A DNA stretch of 18,970 nucleotides from Candidatus Ratteibacteria bacterium (lineage in GTDB: Bacteria > Ratteibacteria > UBA8468 > B48-G9 > DTJG01): contig JBMFLH010000034.1 of the NCBI GenBank assembly GCA_049971295.1, positions 1 to 18,970 on the forward strand, read 5' to 3'. Shown one piece after another: positions 8,533-15,634 of this stretch (position 1 is its first letter; the number at the start of each line of letters is the position of its first letter). Under the pieces are notes generated by a model. It saw nothing but the letters and a program-made list of their open reading frames with translations, searched no databases and was not told the DNA's origin. A program made the position numbers and the translations under genes.

Positions 8533-9759
8533 TTATTCAGAAACAGGATAACCCGCCTGCGCAAGAAGTTCCTTGAGCTTTTTCTGATCATTGAAATCTG
8601 TGCATATCCTGACCTGTTTGTTCTTAATGTCCACCTTTACTGATTTGATGCCATTCTCTGACAAAAGAATATTTTTAATGTTTCTCACACAGCCCTGGCA
8701 GGAAATGTCAGGAACATTGTAAACAAAGCAAAAATTGCTCTTTGTTCTTGAGAACTTAGACTTCATCTGATTGAAGATAAATACAAAAAATATGCCAATG
8801 AGAATCAATGAACTGATAAGAGAAAGCAAGCCCATAAATCTATTATGACTATGATGGAGTGGGTGAATGCCAACATTGAAATTAAACGAAAGTTTATCAA
8901 GAAACAGCCCAAATAACATTGCCCCTATGACTATAGAACCAAGATATATTGCAAGTTGTTTTTTCCCGAGAGTTTTTCCTACAAAAAGCATGGTCACAGA
9001 GTTTGTCGCTGGTCCTGCTATCAAAAAAACGAGACACGCGCCAGGACTTATTCCTTTTGCCGCAAGAGATGCCGCAATTGGTATTGAACCAGTTGCGCAA
9101 ACATACAACGGAATCCCGACAACAAGCATGATTAAGTAAGTCATCAGGCGGTTACCACTGTACATTGATACAATTTGTTCTGGAACAAAATAGGAAATCA
9201 ATCCTCCTATTATTACTCCAAGGAAAATCCATCTGGCAGTTGATTGATAAATTTCCCCAAAGCCATACCTCAATGCCTCTTTTATCCATGCTCCAGATGA
9301 ATGTTCACTGACTGCTGACACTTGTTTCACGCCAGAGGTATCTTCCTTTCCTGAAAAAATATCTGAAATGATCCCTGCCACAAATCCAATAACAACCGAC
9401 GCCAGAATTCTAAAAATCATAAATGTTCCACCCATCAAGCCGTATGTAGCAAATATTGAATCAATTCCTGTTGTTGGTGTTGAAATTAAAAAGGCAAGTG
9501 TGGCTCCTTTGCTTGCTCCTGATTTATACAAACCTGCTGCAGGTGGGATAACTCCACATGAACAGAGTGGAAGTGGCACCCCAAGTAATACTGCTTTCAG
9601 AATTGAAGAAAACCTTTTGTTGCCAAGGTGTTTGAAAACTTTCTCTGGTTTTAAAAAAACGCTGACAAGCCCTGCCACAAGGAAGCCAAACACAAGATAC
9701 ACACTCATCGCCATAAAAAGATTCCAGATTTCCTTAATAATTCCTGCAAATATTTCCAC
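8533..9759 (-). CDS. DUF318/ArsP-type (SO_0444-like) metal permease with His-rich linker and C-terminal HMA domain
   Basis: Multiple hydrophobic segments, the two family motifs PLPLCSCGVIP and LYVCATGSIP, HPLHHSH before the last TM segment, and a C-terminal HMA motif VPDISCQGCV...AGY. GTG start 1 nt after the larE stop. Confidence 0.85.
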   Translation of the reverse strand: MEIFAGIIKEIWNLFMAMSVYLVFGFLVAGLVSVFLKPEKVFKHLGNKRFSSILKAVLLGVPLPLCSCGVIPPAAGLYKSGASKGATLAFLISTPTTGIDSIFATYGLMGGTFMIFRILASVVIGFVAGIISDIFSGKEDTSGVKQVSAVSEHSSGAWIKEALRYGFGEIYQSTARWIFLGVIIGGLISYFVPEQIVSMYSGNRLMTYLIMLVVGIPLYVCATGSIPIAASLAAKGISPGACLVFLIAGPATNSVTMLFVGKTLGKKQLAIYLGSIVIGAMLFGLFLDKLSFNFNVGIHPLHHSHNRFMGLLSLISSLILIGIFFVFIFNQMKSKFSRTKSNFCFVYNVPDISCQGCVRNIKNILLSENGIKSVKVDIKNKQVRICTDFNDQKKLKELLAQAGYPVSE

Positions 9760-9760
9760 T

Positions 9761-10582
9761 TTACTTTTTTAATGGCAGGGTTTTATTCATACTGCCTGTG
9801 CGATAACCTTCAAGGTCCACAGTGATATAGGTATAACCGATTCTTTTCAGTCCTTTTACAATTCTTGTCCTGAATTGAATAATTTTTTCAAAGTCATCAT
9901 CAGATACTTCAATTCTGCAAATATTTCCATAATCTCTGACCCTGACAATTCCAAAATCAATCTTCGCAAAATACTCTTCTGCTTTCAAAATTCTTTTCAA
10001 TGTTTCCTGAGTAATTTTTTCTCCATACGGTATTCTTGAAGCAAGGCATGCCATAGGTGGTTTATTCCATGTCGGCAGACCCATTTCCTTTGAAAGAACT
10101 CTGATTTCTGCCTTTGTCAAATTTGCCATCTGCAGGGGTGAAATTACCCGATACAATGATTTTGCCTTATTTCCAGGTCTGTAATCAGACATGTCGTCAA
10201 CATTCGAGCCATCAGCAATTGCACTGTAATGATATTTTCTTGCAATTTCTGCCATCTGTGAAAAAAGTTCCTTTTTACAGTGAAAGCATCTGTCTGGAGG
10301 ATTGTTTGCCAAATTTTTATCAGTCAGTTTCCTTGATTTTAAGAAAAAAACCTCTACTCCAAGAGATTTTGCAAATTTCTTTGCGAAATTGATATCAGAA
10401 GGAACATCCAGTTCACTTTTTTCAATAAACGCAGCCACATTTTCTTTTCCAAGACAATCCACAGCAATTTTTAATAAAAAGGTGCTGTCAACGCCACCCG
10501 AATATGCAATTAGAATTTTTCCTGCTTTTTGCAAAATTTTTTCTAATGTTCTCTTTTTCTTCTCAATCTCATTCCGCAACAT
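9761..10582 (-). CDS. larE: LarE-family ATP-dependent sulfur transferase (PP-loop), three-Cys [4Fe-4S] type
   Basis: PP-loop AYSGGVDST, NPPDRCFHCK, DGSNVDD..DYRPG, WNKPPMACLASRIPYG, VRVR and DLEGYRTGSMN. Confidence 0.92.
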   Translation of the reverse strand: MLRNEIEKKKRTLEKILQKAGKILIAYSGGVDSTFLLKIAVDCLGKENVAAFIEKSELDVPSDINFAKKFAKSLGVEVFFLKSRKLTDKNLANNPPDRCFHCKKELFSQMAEIARKYHYSAIADGSNVDDMSDYRPGNKAKSLYRVISPLQMANLTKAEIRVLSKEMGLPTWNKPPMACLASRIPYGEKITQETLKRILKAEEYFAKIDFGIVRVRDYGNICRIEVSDDDFEKIIQFRTRIVKGLKRIGYTYITVDLEGYRTGSMNKTLPLKK

Positions 10583-10814
10583 TTACAACTTCCTTAATTT
10601 CAGGCACTCTTTCCTTGATTATTTTTTCCACCCTCATCGTCAGAGTAATCTGAGCAAAAGGACAACCTGCACAACTTCCAACGAGCTTCACCCTTGCAAT
10701 GCCATCTGAAACATCAACAAGCTCACAGTCCCCACCCTCTGCCTGAAGAAAGCTTCTAATTTCCTTCAGGGCATTTTCTACTTTTTCCTTTAATTGCTCA
10801 TTTGAAGCCATCAT
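10569..10814 (-). CDS. Stand-alone Nfu (NifU C-terminal) Fe-S carrier
   Basis: 81 aa, IRSFLQAEGGDCELV...VKLVGSCAGCP (CxxC). SD-like AAGGGG. Start at 10814 or 10811. Confidence 0.9.
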   Translation of the reverse strand: MMASNEQLKEKVENALKEIRSFLQAEGGDCELVDVSDGIARVKLVGSCAGCPFAQITLTMRVEKIIKERVPEIKEVVNVAE

Positions 10815-10829
10815 AGCCCCCTTTATTGG

Positions 10830-11222
10830 TTAAATATGCACCTTTTTTCTTTCTCTATAATCTTTGATCGCTGCCTGCAAACCCTCTTCAGCAAGAAGAG
10901 AGCAGTGTTTTTTTAGCGGTGGAAGTCCTTCAAGCACATCAATCACATCTTGATTTGTAATTTTTTCTGCCTCCTGAAGAGTTTTTCCTTTTGCCAGTTC
11001 TGTAATCACGGAACTGGTGGCAATTGCAGCACCACAACCAAATGTCTCAAATTTTATATCTTCAATGAATTCCTGTCCCTGTTCATTTTTGCCCACCCTG
11101 ATGTATATCCACATGACGTCTCCGCAAACAGGGTTTCCAACCTTTCCTATTCCATCTGGATTTTCAATTCTGCCCATATTTCTTGGATTTTTAAAGTGGT
11201 CCATCAATTTTTCGCTGTACAT
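10830..11222 (-). CDS. iscU: Fe-S cluster scaffold IscU/NifU-N
   Basis: YSEKLMDHFKNPRNMG, GNPVCGD, FGCGAAIATSS and LPPLKKHCS. SD GGAGG. Confidence 0.95.
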   Translation of the reverse strand: MYSEKLMDHFKNPRNMGRIENPDGIGKVGNPVCGDVMWIYIRVGKNEQGQEFIEDIKFETFGCGAAIATSSVITELAKGKTLQEAEKITNQDVIDVLEGLPPLKKHCSLLAEEGLQAAIKDYRERKKVHI

Positions 11223-11255
11223 CTTTCCTCCGTATGCTATCTTCTTTGTTGCTGT

Positions 11256-11292
11256 AAGACACTCAACTGAGCCATCCTGTCATAAATGTCTT
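11256..11292 (-). other. Predicted RNA stem-loop in the nadA-iscU spacer
   Basis: The mRNA reads AAGACAUUUA-UGA-CAGGAUGGC-UCA-GU-UGAGUGUCUU. The outer 10 nt pair (two G-U pairs), with a 3-bp upper stem. No U-tract follows. Confidence 0.45.
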
Positions 11293-11306
11293 CCTCTTTT
11301 TTCCTC

Positions 11307-12215
11307 TTACACATATTCAATCATCCTCTCCAGCGAATTTCTCGCTTTTTCCATTATTTCATCTTCAAGAATAATTTCACTATCCTCATTCTCAAGGCAG
11401 TTTTTCAATTTTTCAAGTGTTGTTTTTTTCATATTAAAACACATTCTTCCTGAACCAAGAGAAAAAAATTCTTTTTCTGGATTTTGTTTTTTCATTCTGT
11501 GAAGAATCCCCTGCTCTGTCCCGACGATAAAAGTTTTCGCTGAAGATACGCTTACCCTTTTCAACATACCTGATGTTGATAGCACAAAATCTGCATTTTC
11601 CTGTATTTCAGGATTACATTCAGGGTGAACGATAATTTCAGCATCAGGATACTGCTGCCTTGCTTTTTTTAAGTCAGAAAGAGTAAACTGCCTGTGAACA
11701 AAACAATATCCATCCCACAAAATTAACTTCTTTTCAGGAACCTGTTTTTGAACAAAATACCCAAGATTTTTATCAGGCAAGAATATTACTGTATCAGAAG
11801 GCACATTTTTAACCACAGATGCTGCGTTTGACGACGTACAACAGACATCACTGACTGCCTTTACTTCAGCAGATGTATTAACATAGGATACGACAAATGC
11901 ACCCGGATACTTTCTTTTTATTTCGACGACATCTTCGACTTTTGCCATATCAGCAAGAGGACATCCAGCATCCGACGCAGGAAGAAGCACCTTTTTCCCT
12001 GGATTTAAAATTTTTGCTGTCTCTGCCATAAATCTTACTCCACAAAGCACTATGATATTTGCCATAGTTTCTCTTGCTTTTCTTGCAAGTTCCAAACTAT
12101 CTCCAACAAAATCAGCGATGTCCTGTATCTCAGGTATCTGGTAGTTATGAGCCAGAATCACTGCGTTTTTGTTTTTTTGTAGATGTTTTATTTTGTCTAT
12201 CAGCAATTCATTCAT
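11307..12215 (-). CDS. nadA: Quinolinate synthase NadA
   Basis: ILAHNYQ, GDSLEL, CGVRFMAETAKILNP, three cluster Cys (AGCPLA, GYCFVH, MCFNMKK), YVNTSA and VHPEC. Confidence 0.97.
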   Translation of the reverse strand: MNELLIDKIKHLQKNKNAVILAHNYQIPEIQDIADFVGDSLELARKARETMANIIVLCGVRFMAETAKILNPGKKVLLPASDAGCPLADMAKVEDVVEIKRKYPGAFVVSYVNTSAEVKAVSDVCCTSSNAASVVKNVPSDTVIFLPDKNLGYFVQKQVPEKKLILWDGYCFVHRQFTLSDLKKARQQYPDAEIIVHPECNPEIQENADFVLSTSGMLKRVSVSSAKTFIVGTEQGILHRMKKQNPEKEFFSLGSGRMCFNMKKTTLEKLKNCLENEDSEIILEDEIMEKARNSLERMIEYV

Positions 12216-13372
12216 TTTTTGTTCCAGAATGGAGACATTTTTCTCAATTTTTCAACGATCTTCGGTAATACAAGCGCAGTTCTTTCAATATCTTCTATTG
12301 TGTTTGCCCTTCCCAGGCTGAATCTTAAAGAACCATGAGCGATTTCGTGAGAAAGCCCGAGCGCAAGAAGAACATGCGATGGCTCAAGCGAACCAGAGGT
12401 ACATGCAGAACCAGAAGACGCGCAAATCCCTTCCATATCAAGATGCAGCAACATACTCTCTCCTTCAACGTATTTCACGCAAATGTTCAATGTATTGTAA
12501 AGCCGTTTTTCTGGATGTCCGTTCACAATGATTTCAGGAATACTTTCAACAAGTTTCTTCTCAAGAAAATCCCTGAGTTGTTCCTCTTTTGATGCATCTT
12601 CTACCATTAAATTTTCAGCAATTTCACATGCCTTTCCTAACCCGATAATTCCAGGAACATTTTCTGTACCAGGTCTTAATCCCTTTTCCTGATGTCCTCC
12701 ATAGGTGATGGGTCTGAATTTTACCCCTTTTCTCACATAAAGAGCACCAATGCCTTTAGGTCCATAAAACTTATGCGCAGATAGCGAAAAAAAGTCAACA
12801 TTCAATTGTTTTACTGAAACAGGCAATTTCCCTGCCACCTGCACGCCATCACAATGGAATGCAATGCCATTTTCTTTTGCAATTCTTCCTATTTCTTCAA
12901 TCGGTTCAATTGTTCCTATCTCGTTGTTCGCCGCCATTATTGAAATAAGAATTGTCTCGTCAGTAATTGCCTTTTTTACATCGTCGGGATCTACAAGACC
13001 ATACTTATCAACAGGAAGATAGGTCACTTTGAATCCAAACTGTTTCTCAAGGAATTTACATGTATTCAATACAGCATGGTGCTCAATCAGAGAGGTAATA
13101 ATGTGATTGCCTTTATTTTTTTTCCACAAACATGTTCCAGTAATCGCGATATTATTGCTCTCTGTACCTCCGGATGTAAAAATGATTTCGTCAGGCGAGG
13201 CATCAAGCATTTTAGCAACACGTGCTCTTGCTTTTTCAACCGCTTCCTTTGTCTTCTGAGAAGGTGTATAGATGGAAGACGGATTGAAAAACATCTCTGT
13301 ATGCCATTTTTTCATCTCTTCAACAACAGCAGTATCGCAAGGTGTCGTCGCATTATGGTCTAAATAAATCAT
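12212..13372 (-). CDS. iscS: Cysteine desulfurase IscS/NifS (type I)
   Basis: IYLDHNATTP, FTSGGTESNN, PLP-lysine motif SAHKFYGPKG, RPGTEN and catalytic SSGSACTS. SD AAGGAG. Confidence 0.97.
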   Translation of the reverse strand: MIYLDHNATTPCDTAVVEEMKKWHTEMFFNPSSIYTPSQKTKEAVEKARARVAKMLDASPDEIIFTSGGTESNNIAITGTCLWKKNKGNHIITSLIEHHAVLNTCKFLEKQFGFKVTYLPVDKYGLVDPDDVKKAITDETILISIMAANNEIGTIEPIEEIGRIAKENGIAFHCDGVQVAGKLPVSVKQLNVDFFSLSAHKFYGPKGIGALYVRKGVKFRPITYGGHQEKGLRPGTENVPGIIGLGKACEIAENLMVEDASKEEQLRDFLEKKLVESIPEIIVNGHPEKRLYNTLNICVKYVEGESMLLHLDMEGICASSGSACTSGSLEPSHVLLALGLSHEIAHGSLRFSLGRANTIEDIERTALVLPKIVEKLRKMSPFWNKK

Positions 13373-13388
13373 TTGTCTCCTTTTTAAG

Positions 13389-13799
13389 TCAAAATTTGAT
13401 TTTTATTGCTCTTACCATACATCCCTTTACGCACAGCATACAGGTAATACACTTTTCATAATCAAAAATTACCTTCTTTGTGGATTGGTCATAATAAAAT
13501 GCGTTTGTCGGACACAGGCCAATGCATACACCGCAGTGAGTACAGACTTTATCATCCTTGATTATATCCTGCTTTAATCTCTGCAGTCCCACATTCTGAC
13601 TCTTCAAATCATTTAATGCCTGTTTTACAATCTTTTCTTCACCAGTAAACACAACAACCATCAGTCCTTCTTTCTGGGGAAGAACCTGCGCCTGAAGAAT
13701 GTTAAATTCAATGTCATACTTTTTCACAAGCGCTGAAATTGTTGGTTTATCAACCAGTTCTTTGGGAAATCTCAAAACAACCCTTTCACTGATAATCAT
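13389..13799 (-). CDS. NIL domain + 2x[4Fe-4S] ferredoxin (MA1822/MJ0099-like partner of the homocysteine sulfurtransferase)
   Basis: N-terminal NIL pattern (LRFPKELVDKPTISALVKKYDIEFNILQA...EG), plus CTHCGVCIGLCP and CITCMLCVKGC. ATGA-coupled to the DUF39 gene. Confidence 0.9.
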   Translation of the reverse strand: MIISERVVLRFPKELVDKPTISALVKKYDIEFNILQAQVLPQKEGLMVVVFTGEEKIVKQALNDLKSQNVGLQRLKQDIIKDDKVCTHCGVCIGLCPTNAFYYDQSTKKVIFDYEKCITCMLCVKGCMVRAIKIKF

Positions 13800-15001
13800 T
13801 GTTTTTTCTCCTTTATTTCAAAGCCCCTCATACGAATTCCTGTTTCCTTTCCAGGCAATTTTGCCACTGGATTTGTCAGTTCAAACTTTCCTTCTAAAAT
13901 CCATCTTTTCAATATCTGGGCGATTCTGCGAGCCATAAAGAAACTGGAGAGAGAACCTACAGGAATTGTTCTATTGCCAAGAGTGATTGTGCCAGAAAAA
14001 AGTTCAGCATAACTTACTTCTTCCAGGACCTCTGGCTTTCTCTCAGGATAACTACTGCTATAATCAACAACAGGCGCAAACATCTTTTCTGCCGGTACCC
14101 CGCACCATGCTGCAACTTTTTCATCTATCACTGGTATTGGAATACCTATCCCAACAACAAGCGTAACTCCATAACCAACAAAAGACGCTCCACGAACAAA
14201 TTCTCCGTTCATCTTCTTTAAGTCGCCAATGACTGCAAGGCTTCCTCCAGGCCTTTTTGGAACTCCTTCAGATGTTCTTTCAACACCAGGACTGTGCTGT
14301 GTTCCGTACCAGGCAACAAAGCCAGTACCTCCGCAAAGAAATATCCTTGTTCCTATACCAGTCGTGTAATATTCAGGGTCCCTGAGAAGCGGCGACAGTA
14401 TTCCTGCGGAACAAAAATTTGCGTTTCCAAAATTCGGCTTCAAAACTCCCATGTATGTGTAAAGCATTCTGTCTGAAGAATTAACAGCAACATTATAATT
14501 CTGATAACAATTTCGTGGATTAAACATGATTGCTTCGTTAACATCTCGTAATGAAAAATAACTCTTCAGTTCTTTCCTTGGATAACAATCTGTACCATAG
14601 GATGTCGCTTCAAGAAGAACCTCTCTGCCATTGACAAGCTCCTCAATCACAAAACCCCCACCATAACTAAATTCACCAGGATAATGAAGATTTCCAGGAT
14701 CATTTGGTGGAAGCGCTGTTGCGCCCAAATAAACATCCACAGCAGCAAGTCCTGTATAAGCGGGAACTCCATTAAGAAAACAGGTTCCGCCACCAATTTT
14801 GATTCTTGGTACAGGATGCCCGAAATTTAAATAGATACTACTTGAACACATCGGTCCAAATGTTCCGGTTGTTACAACATCGATTTCTTTTGCTGCTTTT
14901 GCTTCACCCTTTTTTATCACAATCTCCAGCATTTCTTCTGCTGTAACAACAATTGCCTGGCCCTTTTTTATTTTTTCGTTAATCTCTTCAATGGTCTTCA
15001 T
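13796..15001 (-). CDS. DUF39 homocysteine biosynthesis protein (L-aspartate semialdehyde sulfurtransferase, MA1821/MJ0100-like), without CBS domains
   Basis: KTIEEINEKIKKG, DVVTTGTFGPMCSS, GLAAVD.YLGAT, YGGG.VIEELV, GTDCYPR, NPRNCYQNY, TYMG.L, GTQH and GIGIPIP. I moved the start to ATG 15001, which has SD GGAGG at 15010-15006, instead of the track's 15022. Confidence 0.9.
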   Translation of the reverse strand: MKTIEEINEKIKKGQAIVVTAEEMLEIVIKKGEAKAAKEIDVVTTGTFGPMCSSSIYLNFGHPVPRIKIGGGTCFLNGVPAYTGLAAVDVYLGATALPPNDPGNLHYPGEFSYGGGFVIEELVNGREVLLEATSYGTDCYPRKELKSYFSLRDVNEAIMFNPRNCYQNYNVAVNSSDRMLYTYMGVLKPNFGNANFCSAGILSPLLRDPEYYTTGIGTRIFLCGGTGFVAWYGTQHSPGVERTSEGVPKRPGGSLAVIGDLKKMNGEFVRGASFVGYGVTLVVGIGIPIPVIDEKVAAWCGVPAEKMFAPVVDYSSSYPERKPEVLEEVSYAELFSGTITLGNRTIPVGSLSSFFMARRIAQILKRWILEGKFELTNPVAKLPGKETGIRMRGFEIKEKKQ

Positions 15002-15018
15002 CTTGCCTCCTGTATCGA

Positions 15019-15462
15019 TCAAATTGAAAACGTCACCGGTTCATCCATTTGCCTGAATTTTTCACTTTCTCTGACAAAATCCTGTAAGGTGATACTTTTC
15101 AACACTTCATCAACTTTTGCGTTTAACCTTTCCCATACTATCCTTGCGCCGCAATGAGATGAACGGAAACACACCTTCTCATCCTCAAGGCACTCAATTT
15201 TTTTTATTCCCTCAATCGCCTCAATAATTTCATAAAGGGTAATATTTTCAGGCGATTTTGCAAGAAGATATCCACCCCTTTTTGCTTTAATCTTTTTTAT
15301 AATCCCCTTTGTTTTCAATTGCATAAAAATGTGGTCAAGGTATTTCAAAGAAAGATTCTGCCTTTTGCTGATGTCTTTCAGCAACACTGCCTGTTTTTGA
15401 TAATTCATACCAAGTTCAATTAACGCCCTTACTCCGTATCTGACTCGAGTAGATATAAACAT
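15019..15462 (-). CDS. Rrf2-family transcriptional regulator with three Cys (IscR/NsrR-like)
   Basis: MFISTRVRYGVRALIEL, ISKRQNLSLKYLDHI, GGYLLAKSPENITL and C-x6-C-x5-C (ECLEDEKVCFRSSHC). ATG 15462 is preferred because it matches the family N-terminus. Confidence 0.92.
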   Translation of the reverse strand: MFISTRVRYGVRALIELGMNYQKQAVLLKDISKRQNLSLKYLDHIFMQLKTKGIIKKIKAKRGGYLLAKSPENITLYEIIEAIEGIKKIECLEDEKVCFRSSHCGARIVWERLNAKVDEVLKSITLQDFVRESEKFRQMDEPVTFSI

Positions 15463-15482
15463 ATGTCCAAATCCCATTGTCA

Positions 15483-15505
15483 AATTCTATTTATTTAGTG
15501 GGATT
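15483..15505. promoter_or_regulatory. Candidate Rrf2 operator just downstream of the -10 box
   Basis: Imperfect dyad AATCCCA-ctaaataaa-TAGAATT (minus strand; 5 of 7 arm positions symmetric) with an AT-rich centre, overlapping the expected transcription start. Confidence 0.5.
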
Positions 15506-15510
15506 AATTC

Positions 15511-15539
15511 ATTATATGTCTTTGTATCCGGTCTGTCAA
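15511..15539 (-). promoter_or_regulatory. Consensus sigma70 promoter of the rrf2-DUF39-iscS-nadA-iscU-nfu-larE-permease operon
   Basis: TTGACA(15539-15534)-17 nt-TATAAT(15516-15511), a perfect consensus. Confidence 0.85.
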
Positions 15540-15597
15540 GAAGATGTAGAAGTTGAGAAAGTCAGAAAATAGTTCTTTGGTTTTGGAAAAGATCGGG

Positions 15598-15631
15598 TAT
15601 AATCTTAAGTGAGTTTCATTAACAAAGGAGG
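15598..15631 (+). promoter_or_regulatory. -10 box and SD of the sugar-phosphate isomerase gene
   Basis: TATAAT at 15598-15603 with no clear -35. AAGGAGG ends at 15631, before ATG 15635. Confidence 0.5.
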
Positions 15632-15634
15632 CAA

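Noticed and set aside
8520..8540. Terminator between the convergent GNAT and permease genes
   Set aside because: Only 8 nt separate the stop codons, and no GC-rich hairpin with a U-tract is visible.
11263..11283. Mini-ORF MTGWLS-TGA inside a hairpin as a possible selenocysteine read-through into iscU
   Set aside because: It is out of frame with iscU (61 nt offset), and no SECIS-like hairpin follows the TGA.
15002..15483. ORF-track starts at 15022 (DUF39) and 15483 (Rrf2)
   Set aside because: The downstream ATGs at 15001 and 15462 match the family N-termini, and 15001 has a clear SD.
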